The position numbers and the translations under genes are program-made. 64,000 nucleotides of DNA, from positions 96,658,001 to 96,722,000 of the forward strand of contig OZ296652.1 of the NCBI GenBank assembly GCA_965655095.1, read 5' to 3'. The notes beneath the pieces are model-generated. The model searched no databases and was not told where the DNA came from. It worked only from the letters and a program-made list of their open reading frames with translations. Of this stretch, positions 13,761-26,200 are shown piece by piece; the stretch's first letter is position 1, and every line of letters begins with the position of its first letter. Source of the DNA: Haplodiscus bocki. Taxonomy: Eukaryota.

Positions 13761-13850
13761 AACTGAAATCTATGGCTGAGCGCTGGGTATTTATACCCCG
13801 TCTGGTCACGTGACCACGTCACGTGACCAAGTATGTGTCATGTAGCCAAT
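13761..13850 (-). promoter_or_regulatory. Putative Pol II core promoter: TATA box + initiator + two GTCACGTGAC E-boxes + CCAAT
   Basis: Minus strand TATAAATA (13795-13788) lies 31 nt upstream of the A of TCAGTT (13766-13761, A at 13764). There is a perfect 14-bp palindrome TGGTCACGTGACCA (13803-13816), a second GTCACGTGAC (13818-13827) and CCAAT (13846-13850). Confidence 0.6.
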
Positions 13851-14504
13851 TCGAAAATCCTGCTAGGCTGGGCTAATTAGAATTTTTGTATCTGTAAAAT
13901 TAAATTTTGAAATTGCAATTTCAACCTGATAAATCGAGCTGTCAGTCGATTTTTATCTTGCCGCTGTATCGTCGGCCAATATTTATTCACAAACTTTCGT
14001 ATCGATTTTATAGCCAATTTGTCCAACTCATCTTTTCTCCACTTCCTGCCTGCCAGGGCCCTTTGTTTGTTTCGTCCAAACGTGTTTCGGAAGTTCAACC
14101 AGCCAGCTGCGTAAGTCAAATATTAATTCCTTCGTAATTTCATAAATTTCGTCAAGTTTAAATAGCAAATAAACAAACTGCACTAATCACATTGAGTATT
14201 TATCAGAGAAATATTAATTCTCGTACTTTCATTTACCGCCGAAAGTTTGTAAGGTTAGTTTTACCTTTTCCTTAAGTTCAGATTATAAAGTAGCGTCTTT
14301 TCTAAGATTTGAGCGTTTTCTGTAACGCGATAGTACAAGGACTGGTTTATTTGGTTGATACTGCATGACTTGTCCTCAACGTGTTGTATAACTGAGCAGA
14401 ATAGGATCTCATTGTTTTCAATCATCCATCAAGTTCCAAAGTTCATGAATTGAACCTCCTTTCTTGTCACCCGGAAGTCTGTTGAAAAACACATAGATTT
14501 CCAC

Positions 14505-15325
14505 AGCTGCACCTGTGTAGCAGAAAAATTAGTCAACTATCCAAAAATCAAACCTTCTACACTAAAAACTTCGAGAACTCACAAAAATACTACCTCTAAG
14601 AGTTCAGGAACAACACGCTGGTTCGCAACTTCCACTCAGTGCTCATACAATGAATGTTAATCAACGCTGCAGCATCTCAAAGCAAAACCCGAGCTACCAT
14701 CAGGAAAATTTAGGCGACAGGGTTGAAGAAATGCAGACTACATTAAACACTTCACCTAATTATGAAAAATTCTTGAGCAATCTTCTAGAAGGTGAAACAA
14801 AATTGACTGGTTTCACAACCCAACTGTTTCATCTTCTTTAGCCCAAGAGACATTTAGAAGTGGACATCAGTCTCTGAATAGCCTCTCGGTGCTATCCTAC
14901 ATTCTGATTGTTAGTTCCAACCCTTTTACAGCACTTGAATCCGCTTTATGGGCTGAGATACTACAATTTTTTTACCGTGGACTTTACAGGGTGCAAAAAG
15001 GAAAAAAACGTTTGCAATGACTCAAATGTTGAAAAAACTGAGGTGTAAACCCCTGAACTTGTGTAGCAGAAGAAATACTTCAACATCCAAAAAATAAACC
15101 CAATACTCAAAAGTGTTTGAGACATCAAAGGATCTAAAATCCCGGAGTTCAGGAAACACTCGATGTTCCGTCGATTTCACTCTCAAGACTCGTCCAATGA
15201 ATGTTATTCAACACTAAAAATCTCAAAACGAAAACTGCGCCGCCATTGAATGAAAAGCAAGAAGGATGAAGAAATGCAAACTACAAAAAATTCACAAATT
15301 TTCCAAACTTTCTTGAACAATCTTG
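14505..15325. repeat. Old, diverged ~545-bp-period duplication; intervening part is also homologous to 8310-8450
   Basis: tgtgtagcagaa...ccaaaaa...gagttcaggaa...caatgaatgtt...gaagaaatgca recurs at ~14514 and ~15060. cggtgctatccta...ctgattgt...gctgaga...ttaccgtggac is shared by 8345-8440 and 14887-14982. Confidence 0.7.
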
Positions 15326-17485
15326 ATTGCATTGGTCCGATTGAGGGATGAAAGGAAATTGGAAGGAATCATGGCGCAATTGTTCTTCCATCAAGCTCTT
15401 TTTACCGTAAAATTAGCTTAAAATGCTACAAGCCTCACTCTAGACATCACTGATGAGATGCGGATGCTAATGAGGGACTGCTGTTGTCGCCTTGAAATTA
15501 AAATCAGCCAAGATTAGCAATGGCGAATATCAAGGGTGCGTGACGAACAAATTAATAACAACTTAAATTCTGGCGTTTCATATTTTGTTCATGACGACTT
15601 TGTTGCTGATGATGAAAACACTACGCTAGACTCTGATGAAAAACTTGACTAATGGCAACTATTGCATAAAGCGTAAACTTGAAACACATCTCTGCCCGGG
15701 CAATGATTTCCAGATTTCGACCGTCTGATCTTCCCAGGAAACTGTCTGCAGACCTTTGCCCTCAATCTTTCTTTTCTTTTATCATCTTGTGAAACGACCC
15801 TTATCAAACTTCCGTTACGCCTATTCCTATAATATTCTTTCATAACTAAGCCATTTTGAGAATAACTACTGTTTCTTATTTTTAGCACTAAAAGTTCCTT
15901 AGGAATCTATAGCTTTTTTGGTTCTGACTTTTGATACATTAGAGAATGAACAAAAATCAAGATAAACGGTTTGACCAAATGGTTTCGACTCTTCTTCCCG
16001 CCAGCGGGAAAAGATGTTTGATGCGATCCTCCGAAAGAAGGAGAAACTCTAAATATGCAAGTCAAATTTTTTCTCTAGTACACTTAAATTCTTACAAACG
16101 CGGTTTTTCAAAATTGTACGTGAAAGCGCTGGTTTGAAAAAGCTGTTGCAAATTTGGGTAATGCTCAATGGAAGTGACTTTTGGACTTTGACGGTTCCTC
16201 ACCAGTACGTCAACGTCTGCAAGGTCCCCTCAACGGAAAATACAAAAGTTTTGCTCCGTGGAGAGTTCAACACACCTAATTAGTGGTCTGACCAGACTGC
16301 CGTTACGAAAACGTTCAATACCGATAAAACACCGTACACTGTGGAATTAACGGTGCCTAACGAATCCTTTCAACTGGAAATGTCCGACAACCCTAAATGT
16401 CTTGTGAATTTTCTGTAATGGCTCAATTTTTCAAATTTCTGTCCAAAAAATCTTTTTGTGGTGCGTCCGACGGGCGCTTACCTGTACGCTGAGATTACAG
16501 GAAGCATGTTCCTCAACGACGAGAGACGTAAGTAAAAACTTTTTGGAAATGTCCAATAGCAAACATAGAAATTTAGTTAAACGATCCCATTGACGAAAAC
16601 TAGCTAACAAAACCACAGTTTTCAATATCAGTGTTTGCTGTTGAGAGACCGGCCTGTTGATGACCTGACGCTACGGACATAGCAAACAAAATTCTGAAGG
16701 CAATCAGTTTGCAGCATCGTGGTGGTAAATATCCTCAGACTTGTAGACTTGCTTAAACACTAATTCAACGCAAATGGTTGCATACCATCTCACGTTGCTT
16801 TCAGTTACTGTTACTCGTTTTAACTCATATATAGACATATTAATCTTAATATAGTAATAATCAACTGCAGACTTTCCGGTGCCTTCACAAACTAGCAACA
16901 AGAGATCTTTGTCCAACATTCATGCCCGGCCTTGATGGCTATATCACGAAGCATACTGAAAGAAATGTACTTAGTTGTGACTAGCTAAAAACAGTGATTT
17001 CTTTTTCAAACTGAAACTTAGCACCTCAATAAAAAATCCATTTATTGATACAAGAGCACTTACCAGTTGGTTCGTTGGAAGTTTGAAGATGTAGTTGTTG
17101 CAGGTGACCAGAAACTGCTCCCCCGTCTATTCGTTAAAACGGTATGCAAATTGCGACGTTTGTGATTGGCAGACCGTGCATGGGATTGTGTTTACATCAG
17201 AGAGTGTGTTGATTGGTTGGTAGATTTCAATTTGCTTTTTCCTTGATGAGGTGTTTCTGATGCTCAGTGCATGGTTTGAAGAAATTTGTGAGATCTCGCA
17301 TTAGCGGATCCAGTATTTCTGCCATAAATCAGTTTCCTTTTATCTAATTGCAACTTGGTATTTGGGAATGGTTAGGGAGTTGCCTCTTTCAAATCAAACA
17401 AATGACTTGTCTTGAGTCTGATTTTTTATAAAAGGAACCGTTTTAGGACGAATACGTCGTTCTTTCTTTCGTGCTTTGGGATTTT

Positions 17486-18000
17486 AGTAGTAGAGAGGTG
17501 AAAAGACCATGTGGGAGGGATGGTTGAAGACCCTATGTAATCAGAGAGACTGTAAAGAGCCAACCTGAGCCGAGAGCTCAGAAGAGTCTTCAATCTTCAC
17601 AGAAACCACTGGGGTGTTTTTGGGTTGACGTAATTCTCAATTCCGGTTAGCTTATGAAGTTTTGGGGTGTTTCGTTCTCAAATCTGATTGGTTGTCGACA
17701 ACTTTTCAGTTTCGGGTGATGTTTGATTGGGTTTGCTGATCAGTTAAAATAGAAATAAGGCAATGTAATATTATAGGCTATAGTGTTTTGCAGGGTATAA
17801 AGATATTGAGTCGGCTGTAATGACTCTTTTTTGCAATCGCGAAGCCTTCTTGAAAAAAGATTTTGAATTAGATTTCTCGCAGGCCTGCCCGGAAGGATGA
17901 CAATTACGCGCGCGTTCAAGAATGACGCTTTTGGGTCGTGTATGAGCCGTGAGCCTAATAATTAAGTCTGCGGACAATGTTGTGACTTAATGTTGTGAAG
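17486..18000 (+). repeat. Polinton left terminal inverted repeat
   Basis: Aligns with the reverse complement of ~33385-33896. For 17879-17998 vs 33508-33389 I count 73/120 ungapped identities by hand; gttttgcagggtataaagatattgagtcgg pairs with gttttgcaatgtatgaagatatggagtcgg. Confidence 0.85.
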
Positions 18001-18095
18001 AAAAGTGATTTAAGATTTGAAAAATTTAAATGGAGAGTACGAATATTAAACCAAACAATGTTTAACCTGCACAATTACATCGAAAGATGTACCCA

Positions 18096-18490
18096 TTACA
18101 TGTCGATGACTTTAAATGGGAAAACATAAACATCGTCAACTGCAATAATTTCTTCCTGCTGGAGCCTGAACAGGTGAAAAGAAGAATAGATTGTGTAGAA
18201 ACAGCAAACACTCGCTGCGGACTGTAGTTGTTCTTGTTCTGGAACCATCTGATTTTTGGTGCTTCGTAAGGAAACTGTACTTGTAATCTCAAGAATTGTC
18301 ATCAGAAAACAACAATCTGTGACGAATGTTTGCAGTCATTATCCATCACTCACTCTGTATTTTGGTGTGCTGCGTATTTATACGGACAAAGTTCTCATTG
18401 ACATGATTTGGAACGTAACTTGAAGGGACTCAACCCAATTACCAAAAATCGAGTCGCTGTATACGGTTCAGTCTTTGCTGGAACGGAACG
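18096..18490 (-). pseudogene. Polinton adenain-type cysteine protease relic
   Basis: ORF 18096-18302 gives QLQSAASVCCFYTIYSSFHLF (Q-x5-CG-F-like catalytic Cys region). Upstream, INTQH...SE*WIM matches a decayed IN...GEHW His motif. It lies directly downstream of the MCP. Confidence 0.7.
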
Positions 18491-18499
18491 TTAAACTCT

Positions 18500-19790
18500 T
18501 TAAATAATTTTTCCTACAACACCAATTTGTTAACTGCAACTGAAGACTGTCGTTCATCCAATTCAATGAATATGGTAACCAGTTGCTAAAAAAAGAGTGA
18601 GCTTTAAGACCAGTCCCATTGGTTGTCCATTAAGCTCTGGGTATGGAAAACACTGGTAGCAAAATGCATTGAAGTCAAGTCAAATACTACTACATAATGG
18701 TTTTTGAATTCATCAATGGGAAAGGAGTGGATATCGTCAAGAAAACTCAATGTTTTCCTTGATGTAACATACCGGCAACATTTCTCAGCAGCATCAAAGT
18801 TCGCAGTCTGTTGATTTCCTTTGAGATTTCTATTTTGTCTGATGTCAAAGTGTTGATCCCGGAACGGATTTTTACTGTATGATCCTGTGAATGGTAAGTT
18901 TGTATTCATTGCAATCACAATACGACGAACTGAAGCGTTGCTAGTGAATTTTACTGATTGAACTGGTTTTGGCTGGCAGGAACAAAATAATTTTATGATA
19001 GAGCCTCCAAATAGTTGAATTCTACAAGATTTTGAACAAGCACGTTCAATTTTTTTTCTGATAATCATCGTCAGGAGCAATACCTCGAGCGTAAAACGAT
19101 CAATACACAATTCCAAGACTACCTTTGGGGTTGTCGCTAATAATGTAAAAAATATGCCTCGCTCTGAGAAGTCATAGGCTAAATTTTTTTATTGGATAAA
19201 GCATTTTAGAATTGGAGAGGAAAATCAACTCCAAAGTGACTATGCAACTTGAAGCTATCGGGTTTACCTAGCCTTTTCAACATCCTTCTGAAAAAAAGTT
19301 CAGAGAAAAGTGCTTCAGTATGTTCATCCGATCATTCCTGGTACTCAAACCATTGCAAGTGAAAAATCTGCTTGTATTCGAAAAAGGTTCTTTGGAGGCT
19401 TTTGCATAATTTGTGGAATACAACCCATTAGAGTCGTAATTTTGCCGGTTTTTGATGTACACCTGAATAACTGAAAACAAATTTGGTCAATCATTTTTTT
19501 TTACATGAGCAATCAGAAATACTCGAGCGTTTTCCTCCGTTTCCTTGTCTATTCCAACTTCTTTTAATTCTTTCTGATTTTTTGTCTTTTCCTTGATATT
19601 GTAACCTTCCTAATTAAGATTTTTGAGAAATTTCGGTTTGATGTCCCAAAGGTTTGTCTCAAAGGAACATAATGGTTCCGATACATTAGAAATTCAAATT
19701 CTATTCAGTTTTCATTGAATATAGTAGAAGAATAATCTTCTTGTCGTGGGATGACAACACATAATTAACTGCAGGGAAAATGCATCCCAA
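18500..19790 (-). pseudogene. Polinton major capsid protein (double jelly-roll) relic
   Basis: ORF 18604-19116 has VRRIVIAMNTNLPFTGSYSKNPF..HFDI and HYVVVFDLT (the AFxG-x4-NPF and FDLT motifs). ORF 19277-19480 has FSVIQVYIKNRQNYDSNGLY. Frameshifts lie between the fragments. Confidence 0.8.
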
Positions 19791-19899
19791 TTTTTCCAGG
19801 AACTGCAACAAAGGTTGGCAAGAAAAATTTTTTGACATGATTAGTGAGAAATGTCTACAAAATTCTCTCTATGCGAGTGACTGGTTTGTTTTGCAGTTT

Positions 19900-20250
19900 A
19901 GCAGGTTCTGTTGGAATGACCCTAATTGCATGCCTTCCGTCCGTAAAATTTCTTCCACCCATGGTTCGTTTCGGCTCAATGGTAACGAGAACCATTTGTT
20001 TTCTGCGAGTTTGGGTTCTTACACAGTCTACTGCTGTCTTAATTCTACTTCTACTACTGATAACGTCCGTAAATTCGGTCACGGAAAAGTCGAAAGAAGT
20101 GAACACCCACACGTTATGCAACCGGAACAACATGTTTACGCAAAAATGGAACTGCGTGTCTACCAAGGGCTTGTGCAAATGCACTAAACCCACTTCAACG
20201 CTGTTGACCGTTACTTCTGTAGAATGGAAAGACCATTTGTCGTAAAGCAA
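19900..20250 (-). pseudogene. Small basic Polinton virion core-like protein relic (between minor and major capsid genes)
   Basis: Fragments SGFSAFAQALGR (GxGFG-like) and EFTDVISSRSRIKTAVDCVRTQTRRKQM. Its position matches the usual Polinton capsid cassette. Confidence 0.5.
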
Positions 20251-20279
20251 CGAAAATGTAGTAACATTTTCCCTCGGAA

Positions 20280-21040
20280 TGAGGAATTATTTTGAAGGCT
20301 TTTCTGACTATCACAACAAATTGGAAGATACCGACAGATACAAAGGCTGTCTTTGCCACTGCTCCTGCCTTTAAAATCGACCTGTAAAGTATGTTAAAGC
20401 TTTCAAAGAGGTGTTTCGTGATTCAGTAAATTTCATATAGTTTTTTACTGTCCAGTACTTATGTTGCCCCGGGCTTTTGGTTTTGAAATAAAAAAAAACA
20501 ACGCAGCAATGGAATTTTTTTGTCGCCAGCAAAACTGCCCTCAAAAAGTTCTGCGTATATCATGAAAGCGTGCATGCCGACAATGTTGTCGGAAGATTCT
20601 GGTGTTTTACCTATCAACATCACCCCAAAATTCATCCCAACAATAAATCGGAAAAAGTCCTTGTCCCTCCCAAAAAAACAGTTCCGGATCTTCCTTTTGC
20701 AAAGTATGTCTCAACTTGTCCATTATTGGACACTCTCCGACTATGCTACAACTTTTGCTGCAATTAGGTCTCCCGAAAGGGTGTCATCAAATTTTCAACA
20801 TTAGCCATAATGCATAAGTAAAGACAAGGTTCCGAGTCGTAAAGCCTCGACATTTTTGAAGTTTTTCAGTCAAAACACATGAATTTCCTCTCAGAAACTA
20901 CCAAAAATGCAACCTCCCATTGCCCCTCTAGGTTTAGTTGCTCCGGCCAAAAGTTTCCAAAGCAACTGAACGGTTTTTTAGAAAAATGTTTTGCCCGTGC
21001 ATGTAAAACCAACTGCTTTGAAAATGGTTCCAATCTCAAA
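20280..21040 (-). pseudogene. Polinton minor capsid (penton) relic
   Basis: ORF 20866-21096 contains FSCFGNFWPEQLNLEGQWEVAF, the F-x-N-x-LP-x2-L-x-L-x-G-x-WEVA N-terminal motif of Polinton pentons. Confidence 0.8.
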
Positions 21041-21049
21041 CGGGTTTGA

Positions 21050-21900
21050 TTAAATTCTTTGATAAAAATCAGTACGTATAATATCTTCTTGTTCATATTT
21101 TATTGGGTATGTTGGGGGTTTTCTGGGGAAAAAGCAACAATTTCAGACATTTCTGTGTATACTGTTGTTTGAAGCCTGTCCTGAAAATGAGCAAGACTTG
21201 CAGATGCGAACTTTGCCTCGAAACTAGACTTGGGTGTTCTTAAATCACGTAGAAAAATGCCGCACACAATGCAGGAAAAGTTTGATTTCTTTACTTTTTC
21301 TGGAATCAAGTCAATCGAGAAATTCCTTCCATTCTTCAGGTTGTGACAAACTAGGCCATGTTGTGAACGTAGTTGTAACCATACTCTTCCATGTAACGGT
21401 GAAAGACTTTTTTTCAGGAATCGAATTGTCTAGTCAGCAAATGCAGCCTTAACCTCACACAAGGTAAAGTAAGTTTCCCTTCTCAGGTTTGCAAAACTTT
21501 TCGAACTCTCCATCAAACTCTTAGCCATTGTCGATCCAATTCGCAAAAACTCTCCCGTTATTTTTTTTGTTGAACCAGAATTGAAAACGCTCGAACAGTT
21601 TCTCTGGCTTCCTTTGTGGTCATTCTTTTTGCAACGACGTTTTTACCAAACAAATTTGGAAGACTTATTGGAAACTTCTAGCAGTTGTTTTTTTCAATAA
21701 TTCATCAATATAAACAGATCCACACACCAAATTAACGTTTTGAATCTAGCAAATGCCTTCAATCTTATAAAGATACGTGTGGCGGTAGTACCTTTTATTC
21801 ATGAAGGTTTTGAAAGCAGTTTTAGTTTCACTAAAGTGCGCACAGACCCATAGGGATCATCATCCTTGGCGCCTGTGCGTACATTAACTGCAGGTTCTGA
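21050..21900 (-). pseudogene. Polinton retroviral-like (RVE) integrase relic
   Basis: Manual translation gives AFARFKTLIWCVDL (~21756-21715), WIDNG*EFDGEFEKFC (~21540-21490) and RKPPTYPIKYEQEDII (~21125-21080). Multiple stops and frameshifts. Confidence 0.8.
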
Positions 21901-22599
21901 CGTTTGTCTTTTGAATTGAACCCAGATTGTTCTTTTCCAGATGATGATTCAGAACCAAAGTTGGCGAAATGACGCCAGTGTCAAGTGGAGTGAGGCGAAT
22001 GTCTGGAACAACTGCAGTTTTTTGAAGCAGTTGTTGAGCGAAGTTTGACTGTAAAACTCCAATTTATGCATCATCGAAAGACTTGATTGTAAATTTCAAA
22101 GTCTAAGACGAAGACAGGACAAAAACGTGTTTACTTTTCAGTCCAGTATGGCAAAAAAACTTTACTTATAACCCTTTTGCGCAAATCATTGTGAAACGGG
22201 ACCCTTTTCCGGGTTTGATATTTCACATGTTTTCGCTTCGTAATTGACTGCGCAGTCAAATTCTTTTTGCACACAGAAACAAGGAAGAGAACATTTTGCT
22301 GCACATGAAAAAAATTCGGTCTTGACGAGAAGAGCATTGTTTTGAATGTTTTAAAGAGCGTAAGAAATGCCATAACGTATCTCTATTGCTACGATGTTGC
22401 GTTTTAAGTGAAAGCAGTCGAGAATTTTTTTACTACAATTTGCCATGTAATGCCTTTCCATGCTCTACAGATTTCGTCTGAGCAGTTTCACTATGCTTCC
22501 GCCAAAAAACTGGCTGAACTTTTTGGACAAGCCTTAAAAAATGATCTTAATGGTGGCATTAAAAAAACGGGAGAACTTGGAGTGTGAAAAATTTTTGTT

Positions 22600-23200
22600 T
22601 GTTCATAGTCTAAAAACTTTAACTGCTTCAACCTTCGAGGACATAGAATTTTGAGGGAATGGATCGGTTTTTTCTACAGAAACTTAGTTGATTGTTTGTT
22701 CGTGGCGGCAAATCAATTGAAAGAACCACATGTTTTGGTACTAGTCAACTGGTTCCTTTCAGGAAACCAACTGTGCACTTAGCATAACGACCTGTATCAC
22801 ATCCACCGAAGGTTTAAAAAATGCGTGAATTTTGGAGCTCAACGTCCCAACTTAATTTACTTTGTCGCAGCAACTTCTGTTCAAGGTAGATGATGCTCAT
22901 CCCACGATCTGCTCTTGCCATGGCAGTATCAGAGAAAACTTTTGATTTGAAAAATTCTTCCCTGGAAGTCATCAAAGGTTAAAAAGTACTTTGTACCGTT
23001 GTTTCTTTAGGAAGTGATAAGATCAAACCTTACACCTTGAACAATTTCGAGCTTGTCTTTTCTTGCATAACATCGCGGTATTGCCGGGACTGTTGAATGA
23101 AAGAAGAAAATTTTGCAAAATTTCCACTTTTAAACCGTTTGTAATGAAGTCACAGTTTCCGATCTAAGACGGTCCAGGCAAAAATATGAAGACCCCAATA
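22600..23200 (-). pseudogene. Polinton A32-like packaging ATPase relic
   Basis: Manual translation gives VFIFLPGPS*SG (decayed Walker A, ~23190-23155), NNGTKYFLTFDD (Walker B, ~23000-22968) and RGMSIIYLEQKLLRQSKLSWDVELQN (~22905-22828). Confidence 0.75.
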
Positions 23201-26200
23201 ACTGTAGAAACTAACTTGTCCTTACTTCAGCGAGATTAGGTTGATTTTTCGTGCAGTACAAGAATGTCTTACCCAAGCAGTTTGTTTTTCACAAGTATTT
23301 GGAAGATGACTTCTCCAAAGGCAAGTTAAGACAGTCAAAAAAATGAAAAAAAGTATAGACAAAGAGACAATCACAGACTGTGACAGAATTGTCCCAAACA
23401 AGACCACGATTTGTTTCTTGATCATTGTCATCATTTTATTCTGCTTGATGAGTAGTCTAGCTTGTAGACTGAATTTCTCGAAAAATTTTCTTGAAAAAAG
23501 TAAGTCATTGGAAAATAGTTTTTTGCGTAGACACAAACGAAAAACTCCACGAAACAAAACCTGCAATTAGAAGTGATGCATTGTGAATGCATGAAATCTT
23601 CTTGAATTTGTTCTGCTCAGAGAAGTGTTGTTTTGTGTCAGAATGGGAAACTGGGACAACTCCACAAATCAACAATTGCTTTAGGATCAACAAGACTTGA
23701 ATTTCGCGGGAACCCTGATCATCCAATTATTCCCCACGTAAATTCCACAATTACTGAAAAACTGAATACCCTCGCTTTTCTTTGTTGAACTCAGCCTTTA
23801 TTTTTTCAAGAAGAATGAGAGCTCACTGTTATCCCGATTTGATTTTCAATGTCCCACAAAGAACCGTGCATTTTTTTGTACGGTAAATTGTTTGTTGTGT
23901 GGATTTGTGCTTGTTTGGAGGACCAACTGAGTGTCCCTGAACTTTCCACCAGTGAAAATTTCCAATTGTTTTGCAATGTTACTATGTGATATCCCAATCT
24001 CTACTACAATGCAAGTAATATGGCTTCAAGTGTTGACAGAATTGGATAAGGAAGGCAGGAAGCGTTTAACGTATAGACTAGTTCACAAGTGCACAGTAGT
24101 GTAGTCACATAATCAAGCAAACAAGAAAGGAGGCCTTTTCGAATCCTGGAACAATAACCAGGTCCTTCGGCGCTGTTTAGGGACACTATGTCGCTAGCAC
24201 ATGTAGGGTTGCTTGTAGGCTAATTACTGAGCAAAAGCAAAACACAGAGTTGAAGTTCGAGTCTCCATAACCAAACAATCCATCGAATTGAAATAATTGG
24301 TTGTTCCCAGGCAAAAAAATCCTATCGTTTCAACGGGAACATGCGCTTTGAAAATTACTTCTGATGACAATGTTGTGTTAAATGGTATTTTTTGGTCCCA
24401 AGTAGTAGCGGTGATTGCTCATCAGAACCACAACGTGCATTGTTGATGAGTTTTTTTTCAATTATGAAGTTTTTCCAATATTTAAAATTCATCGTCTGAA
24501 ACGGATGTCAATCTAAGTCATTAGCTACACTTGTGTTGCCAAAAGCATTTGGTTTTCCATCAGTTCCAGATAGATGTCGTTATCTTTGCGGTTCACATTG
24601 TTTTGGTAACACCACATGACAAGATTTGAATTGTCTTTATCAATCTTGAGATTTACATAAACTTTTAACTATTGTATTTTGTTCCTTTTAGACGGAAAAT
24701 TTCACGTACATGATCAGTTAAATCAATGTTTGGTAATTGTTGCACTTTAACTACAGTTGAAGCACGTTTTCTGCGACAAGCTCCTGGAGTCATTAACAAA
24801 TCATGGTAACATCCCGAATTGGACTTCGGTTTCAGAAGACAGTTTCTGATACTTCCGGTTTTGAAACTCAATCCGACTTCTTTAGCGAGAAATATGATCA
24901 AAAGTAAACAGTTCCAATTACTTCCACGAAACATTACAAATGGGTTGATGGATAACAATTTTAATTTACACCGAATTCGTTACATCGAGTGAATAAACAA
25001 ATCCATCAAGTATATACGTCACGCAGACGATTTGCTGAAACTCGCCATTTCTTTTTTTCTGGCAAAAACTCGGACTTGAGCAAAAAATGTCTGTGGTTTG
25101 TCCTCATGGTACCAGAGCAGAGTCACCAAAACTTTGTTTTTGACTGATCCATTACTTCAGCAATCTTGTGAGCCAGCTCGAGTTTTTATCTAAATCCTTG
25201 GATAATGGCGGACTCTGCACGGCAGTCAAGAAGTGCTCTCGGCTATGGTTTCCTGCTGCGACAACCAGCTGACTTTGTAGTCTCATTTTTTGGTTGAACT
25301 CTGCCGCTCCCATTGTTAGATGTTGTACCAGTCAGAAAAACATGTCATCACTTTCCCTGAAGCTTGAGTTTAATTTCCCAGAATTTTTTGTTGCTTGCGA
25401 CCCAAGAAAGACGCCTAAATCTCTCTCGGTTCTTACAAAAGTCCGAAAAGTTGGTGCAAGTTAGCCTGTCCAAGCAAGCAGTAAGGTTGGTTAGACATGA
25501 GTTTTGGTTGTTGGGATAGCACACTGGTAGGTAAAAAAGTGATTTGGTTTTGAAAACGAAACTTGAAGACTAAAATAGGAGCCGCTTATCACTGCTTATG
25601 AACGCATTTCATTTATTTATTTGGTATTCGCCAAATGATTTGCCCATATAGGAAGACTCTTTTCCTGTCCTTGAAACGACTTATATCCGCAAAAGAAACT
25701 TTTTTCCGATTTGGCATATTCTTACAGAAAAATGTAATACTTTGTTCTCCAGATGCAATTGTTCTCAAAGCAGCTCTAACAATCACCTTGCTGGTGGTTT
25801 GATGCAAGCTAATCCCATCACCTACGCGAAAGTCTCAGAAAAAAAACGCTTATTTCTGGAAATATATAGGGTGGGTACACATTGAGCATAGGGAACAGCA
25901 TCGCCCACCAAGACAACGAACCGTACGTTTTAACCGCTTGAAGACAACACATTTTACAGACAAGAGACTCTCAAGAACTGCGACAGAAACTGGAGTCTTT
26001 CTGTTTCAACTACAAACAAGTGTCTACACACAATCTTCAGAAATAAGTTCAGTGACAAAATTGCCGTCAAGAGTGGACAGGTGTTTGATAGTAGACACAA
26101 AGCAGTTTATTCTAACCAACCAAAGAAACGACTGCACAAATTGCTGAGCATTGCAGTAATAAGAATTTTTAGGAACAAGTGTACACTGCAAATTTTGAGC

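Noticed and set aside
25200-25450. RT-like ERDLGV fragment inside the Polinton
   Set aside because: Too short, and no other RT motifs nearby.
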